From Lobosporangium transversale (lineage: Eukaryota): a DNA stretch of 64,000 nt. The translations under genes and the position numbers were made by a program. Below the pieces are notes generated by a model that saw nothing but the letters and a program-made list of their open reading frames with translations, was not told the DNA's origin and made no database searches. The stretch is from NCBI RefSeq assembly GCF_002105155.1, contig NW_019028980.1, positions 1,116,001 to 1,180,000 of the forward strand. Reading direction: 5' to 3'. Shown here piece after piece: positions 49,265-62,100 of this stretch; position 1 is the stretch's first letter; every line of letters starts with the position of its first letter.

Positions 49265-50970
49265 TTAAGCGGTCATGTAAGTCGAAACATCAATCTCATC
49301 AGGAAGCTCAGGGATCTGGACCTCAAATCGAGACTGGATCTGCTTCAAGATCTCAGCATCCTTATCATCGGCAACAAAGGTCACAGCGAGACCCTTGGTA
49401 CCGAAACGACCAGCACGACCAACACGATGAAGGTAGGTGTCAGCAGCATCTGGAACATCATAGTTGATCACAACGTTCACACGCGAAACATCCAAACCAC
49501 GGGCGAACACATCGGTTGCAACCAAAATACGTCTGTTAAATTCCTTAAAGGCCTTGTAGCGGGCAATGCGCTCCTCCTGAGGCATCGATCCGTGAATACA
49601 GATACTGGGGAAATTGCAGTCTGTGAGCAACTTGTTTAGTTGATCAGCACGGGCCACCGACTTTACAAAGATGCAGACTTGATTGAATTCGAGCGAGTCC
49701 AAAAGATCATTGAGCTTGCGGTTCTTTTGGGCCTCAGTAATGCCGACAAAGTACTGCTGCAGACCATGCAACGTGAGTTTAGTCTCGTCATCAACATAGA
49801 TTTCAAGAGGGTTCTGCATGAACTTCTTGCAGGTCACACGAGTATCCTTGCTGAGAGTGGCAGAGAACATCATGACTTGCTTGTGATGAGGAGTGGCCCT
49901 GAAAATCTCCTGGACATCACGGCGCATATCTAAAACATTTACAAACAATCAAAAAGCTTTTTGTTAATTTCCCCGTTCAAAGCAGGTCAGCCCATTACGG
50001 TATTGACTATGTTTAGCACTTTAATTGTATCCTCTCTTCCAACAATGATCAGAATAAATCTTTATCTCATTAGGAACTTATATTGTCCTTTAACGAGCTG
50101 GGTTAATAGCATAAAGTTATCATCATAACAAAAAAGCTCTCGTCGAAATTAAATAACACTACGAGATGAAGAGACCACCCAATCTAATGAACAAATACCA
50201 ATGGCAAAAGTGTAAAAGTTTTACATACCAATTTGATCAAGCATCTTGTCGCACTCGTCAAGGACAAAGTGCTTAACGTTCTTGAGGTTAAGGGTCTTAT
50301 CTTTGATCAGGGCAAGGATACGACCGGGAGTTCCGACCAAAATGTGAGGGCAAAGCTCCTTGTTCTTGAGAATGTCCTGATCACGCTTCAAGGGCGTGCC
50401 TCCATAAAAGACTTCGGAGCGAACCTCAGGAAGGTACTTGCTGAAACGAGCGTACTCGTTCTTGATCTGGAAGGCCAATTCACGAGTGTGGCAGAGGACA
50501 ACGACAGCAACCTCACCAGGAACGGCCTCGACCTGCTGAAGAGTAGCGAGGACGAAAACAGCTGTCTTACCCATACCAGACTTGGCCTGGCAAAGAATAT
50601 CCATACCAAGAATGGATTGAGGAATACACTCCTGCTGGACTGTATTACAATAGACAGAAAAGAATCATTAGCATGAATGAATACCGAAATAAAAAAAATA
50701 TACTAACGTTCATAATTCAGATAAACGTAAAAGACAAAGATGCTTACCCTCAGATGGATGCTCGAAACCGCAGTCAACGATAGCGCGCAACAACTCTGGC
50801 TTCAAGAGGAAGTCACGGAAACCAGTCGAATGCACACCAACATAAGAGCCTTTCTTGTCCTTAGCCTCCTCGGTAGCCTCAGGTTCATTAGTGGCAGGGA
50901 CAGCGTTGATAGACTCAACAACATCATCATACTCATCGTAATCAACGAGATCATCGTGGTGGTCGGCCAT
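49265..50970 (-). CDS. SUB2: DECD-box RNA helicase Sub2/UAP56; exons 50970-50748, 50639-50229, 49929-49265
   Basis: [63 protein letters not shown]. Confidence 0.97.
50045..50131 (-). ncRNA. Intronic box C/D snoRNA, snR69-like (guide for LSU rRNA 2'-O-methyl-C equivalent to yeast Cm2948)
   Basis: Minus strand: ATGATGA (box C, 50126-50120)...AACCCAGCTC (50104-50095; complementary to conserved LSU GAGCUGGGUU) G TTAA (putative D')...CTGA (box D, 50052-50049); same orientation as the host, inside the 299-nt SUB2 intron 2. Confidence 0.75.
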
Positions 50971-53621
50971 GTTATTAAAAAAAAAACTTGTTCCGGAACG
51001 ACTAAAACAGTAAAGCGCAGCAGATAAGATTGGATCCAACAGGCAACCGAGATATGGGTGACAAAGACAAGGCGGACAAGGCAAAAAAATAAAAAATAAA
51101 AAAAAAGAAAAGAAAAAGAAGCGCAGCGAATTGTGCAGCGAATAGGCAAAGGGATGGAGGGTGTTTTGCGTTTAGTATTCGATTTTTTTTTTTTTTTTTG
51201 TATGAAGGATAGCCGCAGAACGAAACGGAAATGGTCGCATGTCTTGAACGAAACAATAAAGAACAAAAAGCAATTCACTCCACAGACAATAGGGGAACGT
51301 GAGCGTGGCGTCATGTGTGGAGCATCCTCCTGCACTGCGTGTAAGGCGAAGGCGAAAGCAGCCTCTCTCTCTCTCTCTGATCTGTATCTATAGATGTTGT
51401 CGTTATCCTTCAGGTCCGATGTACGGTGTGTGTGGTAGAGGGTGGGTGTACGTATAAAATTATATAAACGTGCTTTTTGACTGAGCCAGAAAACACCGCC
51501 GCTTCTCTCTCGTAGAAGACGCTTCCTGGTCAATCATAAAGACGAGCGGCCGCTTGTGCTGCTGCTCGATTCTCGTGCGCTCGAAAGAGTCGACTCTTTT
51601 TTAATAATAAAAAAAAACTCGATCCTTCATCTCATGAGGATGATGTTGATCATCCTACTCTTGAAACGATGCGGTCAGAGTTGTGCGAGCGGTATGACGC
51701 TTGCAGGTGTGTGATGTCCTGGTCGATGACTAGGCAAATCACCCATTGCAGAGGCGTATTAACTTTGCCGTGCAGTGCAGTCAACTGATGAAGCGAGCGG
51801 GTGAAACTGGATGAACCAAACCAAACGGAGGCAGATCGCCTCCGAATGGATGCAGGATCCAGCGAGAATCGTTTTTTTTTTTTTTTTTTTTTGTCGATGC
51901 ATAAAGTAAAGAATCATGACTGCAATAGAAGGGGATATGATGAAGACTTCGAAGTGGGCCGCCAGCCAGAAAAGAGAGAAGGAGCAAGGCCACTACAGAT
52001 GCGGCAAGTGCGGCAGAGGATGTCCATCTTGGCTGTAGAGACAGACATACCAAACTATGTGAGAGCGAAAGTGGCAGACGGGACTTGCGTAAGAGGAGTT
52101 TCTTTAATCAATGGACTGGCGTTAAGACGGATCGATGGATAGACAGATAGATGGATAGATGGATAAATGGATGGATGGGTTGGAAAGTTGAGGTGGAGTG
52201 GAAGAGAAAGAAGAAAGAAGTGGGGAGGCGCAGAGTTTCAGTAGAAGCGTACACCATTATTGGACTGGTAGTGTATGCACAAAATGAGACTCCTCATTGG
52301 CCCATCTGAAACAAATGCCTTGACTTTACGCAATCAATTATCACCTGACTAGTCCTAAATGTTTACAAAGTTACAAAAGCAGCACAACTTGTTACGGTGA
52401 CATAGATAGACAAGGCTTTAAGGGCTCGCATTGGGTAAAAATAGACGTTCGTTTAATTCAGTGTCAACTCCTTTGCTTGAGTGTATGCAGCCAACCAACG
52501 GATGCCGTCAATAAAGATTGGAAAACAATCATATGTCATTATCGCCAACAAAAAAGCAAAAAAAGGAAAAAGAACGTCAGTGTGAAAGCATAAATACTTT
52601 GTAATACAATGCGTTCAACGTTTAAACTACGACCCTGCACATTCCAGCCCACTGTCAAAGCTGTGCCCATGTGTCTTTGGCCCGTTATATAGTGGCTAGA
52701 GCGGATGAAGCAAGTAACGAAGGTGTCATCGATGACGGGGTTTGACTAGAAGCAGTAAATACCAAAGCATCTCTTACTGACTAGGAAAAGAAAGATCAAG
52801 GAAAAAAAAAAAAAAAAAACGATAGTGGTTGCCTCAGATGACTCTATTTGAACGAGTAGTGCTCTGCTCACTGCGCTTGTCTCGTCAAGCTGTTGGGGGG
52901 GGGGAGGGGGGAAGGGCTCCACAAAAGCAAGCGTTTGTTTGGCTCGCCTTTGTCCTCGAATGAACTTTTAAGCAAGTCGCGCTCTTTTGACAAAAACGGA
53001 TATGGAGATTATTTAAATTCTAGTTTGAGGAATGAGCACGTTGTTCCTGAAAAAATACCAGAAGTTGGAACGTGGTATCACAGAAATGATCTAATCTGCT
53101 GTTTAAAAAAGCGAACCAATTCACCAGCCATTCATTTCCTCTTATCAAGGCACGCTGAATCATCATTACGAAGATAAGCATATAATACACATTAAGGCAT
53201 TGTGACAAAGTGTTCAAGGTTTGGAGGATTTTCACCCTTTTGAGCAACAGGTACATGTTTGACTGTACACAAGCGAATACGTATACAATGTATATTTATA
53301 AGAAAAACGGAGTGAGCTACACGAGAGATGTTTGCCTTTGCCAGAGACCAAGTCCTTTGATGAGCACTCATTTTTGATCGTAACGACAAAATAAAAAAAG
53401 GATGACAATGTGATCAACTAAAATAAATAAATATGCACGATTGAATCGTTTATTTATAAAATAAGTTGCACGTAGAAAACCAGAAAACCAATAGATGGTG
53501 TCAAGGAGTGCCTAAAATATTCTTTATACGTAAACGGGGTAACTTGGGTACATTACATACAGAAGAATAGACCTAATTGCTTAGTCTTGCTTCCTGCTCT
53601 TTCGTTAAATGGGGAGACCCG

Positions 53622-53653
<32 letters not shown>

Positions 53654-53906
53654 CTCTCTTTCTTACTCTTTGATTAACACGCACCGATACTCACAAAAAC
53701 AACACACCTCTATTACAAAAGACCAACAATCTTACTGCGCTTGCATAACTCTAGCAATATCCCATCAACATTTTATATAAAAAAAGACACCTGTTCATCT
53801 CTCGAGCCAAACCTTTTCAATATAAAGATCCGACTTTATAACAAAACATTTTAAGCAACAGCAACAAGAAGAAAAAGAAAAAAAAAAAAAAGCAACTTAT
53901 CTCATC

Positions 53907-54461
53907 ATGTTCATGCTTTCCTGGATTCGTTCGGACGCTCAGGCTTCCAATGCTTCGAATGCGGCTGTTGAAGTTGATGCCTCTGATGTTGTCACCGCTT
54001 CCGCAACCACCCATTCGGATTTGAGTGTTGAAAAGCATCAAGATGACTGGGTCTTCTTACCTTCGAACCATAATGACCTCATGGAATCCTCAGTCTCAGA
54101 CCTGGATCTACTTTCGGCGTCAATGACGCTGTACAGGCCAGGGCCCTCAACCACTTCCAAGGGGCACCCTGCATCGGCACGTCGGACACAGGCCGAGGCG
54201 GAGACTATTTCAGCGTCTACAACGGAGACATCGACATCTGAAAGAGCATTGACGGCAGCAACGTCAACAGCAATGGGAGTATCAGAAACAACACCGACTG
54301 TCAAGAAGAGCAAACGACAATTGAAACAAGAGAGGCGGCAACAGCAGGCATTAGAAGAATTGGAGCGTCAGCCTCGATATGATCCGATAACTGCAAAGAA
54401 GAGAGATCAAGAATTCAAGATGGCAAAGCTAGCCAAAATGAGTATGAGGAGCAAGGCGTAA
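53907..54461 (+). CDS. Hypothetical 184-aa disordered protein with LIR/AIM-like DDWVFL motif and basic C-terminal coil
   Basis: Clean ATG ORF with coding-like composition between homopolymer-rich UTRs; no recognisable folded domain. Confidence 0.6.
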   Translation: MFMLSWIRSDAQASNASNAAVEVDASDVVTASATTHSDLSVEKHQDDWVFLPSNHNDLMESSVSDLDLLSASMTLYRPGPSTTSKGHPASARRTQAEAETISASTTETSTSERALTAATSTAMGVSETTPTVKKSKRQLKQERRQQQALEELERQPRYDPITAKKRDQEFKMAKLAKMSMRSKA

Positions 54462-54703
54462 AAACGAAACCTAATATGACACCAGCCAAAGCATGCTTGT
54501 TTCATCATCTAAGAACGCGCCTCATTTCTCTTTAACAGTAATTGTTTGTATTATTGATTAGTTTATTACTCTTAATCGTTTTTTTCTTTCCCTTTCCTCT
54601 TTTCCCTTTTCCTTTTTCTTTTTTCTTTTTCTTTTTCTTTTTATTTTTATTTTTTTTCTTTTTCTTTTTTTTTATTGCACTTCCACAAGTTGCACTTTTT
54701 TTT

Positions 54704-54743
<40 letters not shown>

Positions 54744-56089
54744 CCGTTCCGAGGATACTAGTCGCCTCTTTGTTCCCTTTCTTTCTCTGAGCAAATGGTC
54801 TAATAGAATAAAAATAAAGACAAATTCAAAAAATAAAAAAAAAAAAAAAAAATACATGTACACAGCTTGGCGTGTGTGCACACATTTTTTTTTTATAGAT
54901 GCAGAATGTATGCGCATTTATTCCACGTCCTATTTTTCCACAAGCTACATGTTGTTTATCTCTGGAAGGAATGAAATTGTGGTAAAAACATGAGGCTATT
55001 TTAGCAAGAATCTCCTTGACAGGAACCAAAATGCTGACAAGGTGAGGTGGTAGACATGCGTCTAGTATTACTATTGCAGACCTATATAAAAGCAATTAAA
55101 AAAAAAAAAAAAAAAAAAAACACGACAAAGGAGTTGAAGCACTTTTTTTTTTTTTTTTATCTTGAGAATGCCATAGGTATAAAAAAAAAGTTGAATCGAT
55201 TTCAAACCATTTGACCGGGACAATGGCGCACAAGTAAAAGTGGGGCCCTGATGCCGTCCACATAACCGAAATCGATGCCATCCATATAACCGAAATCGAA
55301 TGGAGATTCAAAAAAAAAAAAAAAAAAAAAAAAAAATCGTGTGAATTAAGCCAAGATTTATATATAGCAAAGATAACAAGTTTCGTTAAAGAGGTTATAC
55401 CTAAGTAAGGACCACAAACAAAGTATGATCTGTCATCGATGCCTATCAAGCAATATGGATTAGACGTAAAGGGTTGAAACCACGATACACCTTTATTTTA
55501 TTAGATATATATATATTTATTACTAACATCGAAGGAACGCGCCTTGTGGACACCGCGCAGAGATCTGGTAAAGAAATGAAGAGAGGAATAATATTGTGAA
55601 CCAGTAAGAGAGTAAACTCAACATGATGACTTTTTCTTTTTTCTTTTTACAGATTTGTCTGGATATGAGAAGGAGTGATGGAGAAGAGAGAAATAAAGAA
55701 AAGAAAAAGAATGAAGTAAAAGAGAATAAGGAGAATGTTTTTATAATTGAAGCAAATCAACGCGTCACCCAAAATAAAATAGAATAAAATAAAATAAAAA
55801 AGATAAAAGAGATATGGAGGCTACTTTAATGAATTTCTTTTTTATTTTTGGTGGCGATGCGACCGACTTCCTTTTTCGTATCGATTGCTTTGCCACAATA
55901 AAAAAAAAAAAAAAAAAAAAACCTTGTGTGATCAACCGAATTGCCCACCATTTTTTGTTCTAATCCTTTCCATTGACATTCTTTTTATTGTTATTATTAT
56001 ATTTTTATTTTTATTTTTATTTTTTTATTATTATAATACTCGCCTCTTACCTCATTCACCACCTCAACACTCACATTACAACCATAGCA

Positions 56090-56899
56090 ATGTCCTTCAC
56101 TGGTATCACAGATGAGCCTTTGTCCAATACATTGGCTCCTAGCACAGCAGCCACTTTAACAATCCGCGTGATCAAATCATTCGAATACCGTACTTCAAAG
56201 AATCTCATTCTGCACAACATCGATCTCACAGCCACCACAGTTGGACAGCTTCGTGAACTGGTCATTGAGAGTAAGTTGAATAGAAAACAATAACGAACCC
56301 TTTTTTTTTTTGTTTATTTGTTTGTTTTAAATGTCCATGGATGATAATTAGTACCATGGTTCGTGTGGAAAGGAAGAAAGGCTTGATTACTTGAACTACA
56401 TCCAAAAAAACGCGCTAAATGAACCATAATGATGTGTATTGAAAATAACAATTCGCTTCTGCCTCTTTTCTTTACCATCCTTTCTTTCTACTTGAAAATA
56501 TAGAAATCAAAACAACTCCTGGCTGGAAACCCTATCAAAATGTTGTCTTTGGTAAAAAAAGAAAACAAAAAAAAAAAAAAAAAAAAAAAAACTTGTTCGT
56601 TAATTGTTGTTAGCTAAGGATAGATGATAACAATAGCAATAGCAATAGCAATAACTGATCATCCTTTTTTTCTTTATTATTTTATTTTACTCAACATAGA
56701 TACTCTCAAATTGTATACAAAGGCCCATGGTTCAAAGACAATGAATTTGATCATCAACCTCGATCATGACGAGGATTGGATGTTGACTAATGACGACGAG
56801 CTTCTTATTAATCATGGCATTGAAAACGAAACTGAAATATCCATCTTTAACCGGGAGCTCTATGAGGCATACAAGCAGCACCCTGACATTAAATGGTAG
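56090..56899 (+). CDS. AIM29: AIM29/C2orf76 (UPF0538, DUF2340) ubiquitin-like protein; exons 56090-56270, 56504-56551, 56700-56899
   Basis: TLTIRVIKSFEYR, DTLKLYTKAHGSKTMNLIINLD, GIENETEISIFN...YKQHPDIKW*. Confidence 0.88.
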
Positions 56900-57038
56900 T
56901 GATGAGATGAATGCAATTTTGAACAAAGCCTAATAAAATAAAGTATAAATATATATACATGTAAAAAAAAAGTCTCGACAAGCTCATATTCTCACAATTC
57001 CAACTTTTAATAGTTGTGTCGTCTCATTCTAATTAGAA

Positions 57039-57642
57039 CTACTGCCTATATAGGTCTATAGTGCAAAGCTCATTATGGTTATTCTCAGCGGTTTCAAACA
57101 CCTTTGTGATGCTCGAGACTTTTGGAGCTTGACCACGGGCTCGGGAGCGCCAGTAGAGTAACAATACTCAGAGAAGCACTCCAGCACCCACCAGACAGGC
57201 AAGTAGGACTATGTTTTTATCTTTGCCTTTATTAAACTCACCACTGTTTTGCACTGGGTCGAAATCATCAGGCGTCTTTGGGGCAGCACCAAAGGTTTCA
57301 GGGATATTAACCGTGGAAGGACCCGAGACAATGCTATGTCCTGTTGCTAATTCTGTATCTAAATTCATAGTCTGGATCTCATCACTGAAAGCAATTAATG
57401 CAAATGGCTTTGAAGCCGATGTTTGTAGGACTTTGAAAGAATCCAGACGGTGGAAAGGTTCTGAAAGATTGTGCCCTGGTTTGATCTCTATTGTATTTGA
57501 GATGATATCAATCACAAACAGTTTCGCCTTTGCTTTTTCACTTTTTCACTTTTTCACTTTTTTTTTTTTTTTTTTTTTTTTTTTTGGCAAAGGTTGGGAA
57601 AGTGAAAGTATGAATACATGAAGAATTAGTATTTTGAGATTG

Positions 57643-57678
<36 letters not shown>

Positions 57679-58360
57679 TACCCACCTCTCGTTAGTACAG
57701 TTAAGATAATAGGTATTGTTGACAATGTCAGCATAGTGATGGTAGGACGATTTACAAACCCTCGTCGAGGGTGAATTCAAAAACGGGGGATTTGATGGCA
57801 TATGGCCCGGAACTTCTCTCATCGGGTATATTATGATCGCATCATCGTCATCAGGCCCAAGCGTAACTTTATAAATGATAAGCTGATTATTGAAGAGACC
57901 ATGCTCCAGGGCCTGTGAGGTTGTACATCTCTACCATGGCTTCGCTAGGACTTCCTTTTGGATTGTTCAAAGTCCAGTGCTAGAACGCGCAAATCGATTA
58001 CCGTACTCACCGACGAATAATCCGGAGAATGTAGTGAACGTAGTGAAGACTCCTTTGTCATCCACAGCACATAGGAACGACTTGGGGGCCTCCAGCCTCT
58101 GGAGATTGAAGGCTCGGATTGAAGACGCAGAGGCAAGGGTCCATTGGAAGGCGTCTATTAGTTTTGAATGCTTAAGGTAGTACTTTTTATCCACAACAGC
58201 CTCATTGAGCGGTGATCTAATCAAAAGCATGTTTGGCTCTTCTTCTTCCGCCGTAGCAAAAGGCCGAGTGCTTTTGTCCAAATAATTTGCGGCAGCGAAT
58301 CCGTAGACTGTATTTGATGTTTGATGTTTGGCGAAGCAAAAGAACATCGAGTTTACCCAT
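57039..58360 (-). pseudogene. Disrupted member of the single-pass membrane-protein family seen at 7614-10422
   Basis: Family motifs MLLIRS, QWTLAS, LCAVDDKGVFT and VNIPETFG; apparent frameshift just after the ATG, stops near 57967, intron 57681-57528, and a TGA inside the TM (GAGVLL*VLLLYWRSR). Confidence 0.65.
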
Positions 58361-59120
58361 TTTGTCAAAGAGAGATATTCTTTGAATGGTTGGATTTTTC
58401 AAATATTAATTTTTTTAAAAAAAAAAGTGAGAGACAAATGCAAGAGCAAGGATGAAGAGAATGTTTGGAATCAATCCTCTTCATCCTCTTTCTTTTTTTT
58501 TTTTTTTTTTTTTTTCTTTTTTCATCTTTTTGTTCGCAATCATTCTTTTCTTATTCTTCAGCATGTTCGACTATAAAACGTAATACATGGGTTATTGGGT
58601 AACACACGCCGCACTTTTTCAAAGTCGCCTCTACAGCCCCTACAGCCGCAAAAACTGGATCCTCTTGAACATCAAAAATGAAGAGACCATTGTCTGCAGT
58701 CTAAAAATATCCTGAAGAGGGGTCGATGGAACCATAACTGTTTAAAACATTTAGGTAGAAAAAAAAAAAAAGACAAATGCCGGTTATTTAACACACTACA
58801 TGGGGCTGATAGCATCCGGAGCGATAGAGTTTTATCAGACCTTACTATGTCCTGTTGCGTTCATTGTATTATTGCAGATACCAAAAAGCTTTTATAATCA
58901 CTTGGAGACATTACTCTTCGACGCTCACTAGCGGTATCAGGTGTACTGACTCCAATTGGGGTTGAAATAGGCGATCTTGCTTTTACCAAATGTCTTCACT
59001 TCACATACATCCAAACACATCTCAGGACGCATTTTTTTGCAAACGTTATTTGAGTTTAAACAAATTAGAGTTCAGATGCTGAAAGGGCTTCTTTAGTTTT
59101 GTGGCGACACAATTTTATGT

Positions 59121-62100
59121 CTAGTAGACACTGCCATCGGTCATTTCTTCATCCTCCTCCGAGTCAAACTTGAAGGATGGACGCGTCTGCAGCTGCGAGC
59201 TCGGTTGTACCAGCGTTTCTTGCGTAAATCCTTCTGCTTCCCCGTTTTCTGGAACCAAGGTACGTCTTTCTTCTTCGCTTTCTTCTTCACTTCCTTCGCT
59301 TTCGCTTTCTTCTTCACGTTCTTCGCTTTCGAACTCGTCTTCAGTGTCACTGTAGATAATTGTCTCCCACTCGTCCAATTTCCCTGCAAACTCTAGTTTC
59401 TCTCTCTTCACCTCCAAGTCCTCCAGCTGAGACTCCTTACCCAATTTAAATGCAAAATCAGATATGACTTCTTGAATGACCATTCCAAGTGCTATATGGG
59501 CAGTCAAGTCCATTGCTTCAAACATATCAGGGCAAGGGTTGAAATGGGTATAGAAGTAAGATGTATAAAAATGTAGAGCCTGTAGAAAGGATGTTTCAGG
59601 CAGATCTAAAAGAGATGAAAACAATTAGTTTGTATAAAAACTCGTCGGTTATAAAAATAAATAAATAAAGAACTGCAAGAGAGACGTAACATACCACAGG
59701 CTGAAGGGATGACTTGCTCATTTTTCTTTACGACCCAGGGCCGGAAAGTCCTCGCCATATGCTTCTTATACTTTGGAACCTTGATCTCCGCATGTTCCGG
59801 AGCCTTCTTCGCAACTTGCTTGAATCGATCATGGAACAGACCCCATCTCTCTTCCCGCATGTTTTCTCCTCTAATTTTCCGATTGACATGAAGACCATTC
59901 ACATCCACCTCTACATCATTATCCTTCTTTCCAGCACCAGCGATATCGTTGTCACTATTGTCGTCATCAGAGGAATACACGAAACTCTGTTCTTCTCTCT
60001 CTTGGTTATGACTGCCATCTTCAGCAGTAGTTATCGTAGCCATGTTTTCTGATTGTGATCCTATAGTCCATCCCTGTTTCTCTTCCCCGAAAGGATCTCT
60101 GGCCATGCCCACAGTTTTTGCTGGAATCTTTTTCCGACGGTCAAAGTTTTCGCGAGCCCTTTCATCCACCAATGTGCTCATCGTTGGTTGGTTCAGAGCC
60201 AAGAAGAACGAGTTTGACATCTTCTTTTGAATTTTTGCATTCTTTTTGTCCTCAAGTATAATCTTCCGCTCCTGTTTTTGTATCTCTCTTTTCTCCCGAG
60301 CTTCTATTTTTTCGACGAGTTCCGATATAAGTTTTAGCCGTGCTTTTGCCTCTTTTCTTCTCTTCCTAATCTTCTCCAACTGCTCTTTTGCTTTAGCTTT
60401 TAACTTGGCCTTCCTCAGCCGCTCTTTTTCCCTGGCCAGTCTCTTTAGCTCCTTTTCTTTGGCTTTCGCTAACCGTTTTTGGTATTTAGCCATCCTTCTT
60501 TCCCTCCTTGCTTTCTTGGTTTTCAAAAGTTTATTCTGGCGAGCCTCGTCTGTTACGGCTTGTGAGGATGTATCCATAGGCAAGGTAGATGTGGTACTAA
60601 CTGGTACTTCGTCCTTTGCCTGTCGGGACTTGGGTTTAGTATCCTTCTTAGCCTTACTTGAGGATGTGCCTCCTTTTTTTTCTTTTCGGGAGCCGGGCTC
60701 AACGGCATTTGTGACGTTATTTGAATGTGTTGTGCCATCTTGGGGATCCCTTGGTTCTTTTTCAGGTATGGCCTGATTCATAGTCTTTTTAGATTGATCA
60801 GGATGGTTAATCTTCATTTCACGCCAAGGTCGAGGTGCGGAGCCGTCGTATACGTAGTCTAGGCCAGTCGCAAGATTCCTGTCTATGAGAGGCTGAGTTC
60901 CCTGAGGGGTAACTACCCATGTGGGCGCTCGCTCGCTGCTGATGATACTGTTGGCTCCAGCGTTTATAGCATATTGTTTCAACCCTTGGAACGTTTGTTC
61001 AGTTACAAGAGAAGTACCCTCAATAGGATAAGAACATGATTTTGGCTCAACATTGGGCCCCAAGTCGCCTGTTACAGATGCTGCTACCCCTTTATTCATT
61101 GCAAGAGTCATCCGGGAAGAAGAGTAGTAGCATTGACTGCAAATAGGTTTGTGTCCCGAACATTCGAATCCCTGCAGAAGACAAGATGTGCATTTTGATG
61201 AGTACCGAACTTGTCCAACCATTGCACCGCCTACATAGTTGCTTGTTCCATCGTCGCCCGCGTCGACATTGCTGTCACCATTGATACCACCATGGCTATT
61301 ATCCTTCGCGCTTTGATAGTCGTTTTTGTCCCGTCTCATCCTTGCTTCAAGCGCCTTTCGTCCTTCTTGATCTATTTCATGAAGATCGCCCGACTTGTCC
61401 ATCCGAAATCGTGCCGCAGGAATACTTTGGACTTCAGGGGTCATTGGAGCCACAGTACCCACAAAGGTCTGATTCAACACTAGCCGTTCGATCTCCTTTT
61501 TGACTTTTTGCATCTTTTTAGTGATAAGGAGTTGTCGAGGAGCAATAATATGATCTTTCCAACGTTCATACCTGACCTTCTCAAATTCGTTATTCTTCTT
61601 AAACAGCCCAATAATCTTTTTGTCCAAGACATCATAATGGCTATGGGCGTCTTCCTCATTCTCTTCGTCCGTTAATGCATCAGGATCCTTCTCTGCTTCA
61701 TCCTCTGTTATAGGGGCTAAATCTTCCGCCATTGCTATCATGTATTGATAAAGAGCATCATCTTTGCCTCCACCAGCATCAACCTGAAGGTTGCTGTCAT
61801 CGCCAAAGCCGTCAGTAGCTGTATGATCCGTAGGAGGATCACAACACGTGCAGAGCTGAACAGGCGTGATGCCACTAAAGGCTTTGACTCGCTCTCGAAG
61901 ACCTCTCAGATACATTTCATTATACATGCGCTCTTTATAATAAATATGGTGTTTATATCTCTTTCTTTTCTTCACTGTAGCATTATTGTTGTTTTCACCA
62001 TCACCGGCCTCTGTTGCTGCCGCTGTTGCTGCCGCTGTTGCTGCCGCTGTTGCTGCCGCTGTTGCTGCCGCTGTTGCTGCCGCTGTTGCTGTCGCTGTTG

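Noticed and set aside
51288..51304. AATAGGGGAACGTGAGC, nearly identical to LSU rRNA next to the snR69 target (antisense on the SUB2 strand)
   Set aside because: No flanking C/D or H/ACA architecture is visible, and 12-mer rRNA matches are expected by chance in 64 kb.
51775..51812. Hammerhead-like string CAGTC-aa-CTGATGA...GAAACTG
   Set aside because: Stem I is absent (2 nt) and stem II does not pair properly.
55250..55297. Two-copy 24-bp tandem repeat
   Set aside because: Ordinary local slippage duplication in intergenic DNA with no further structure.
54542..55449. Phe-rich or Lys-rich short ORFs here and throughout the ORF track
   Set aside because: Translations of poly(T)/poly(A) tracts, not genes.
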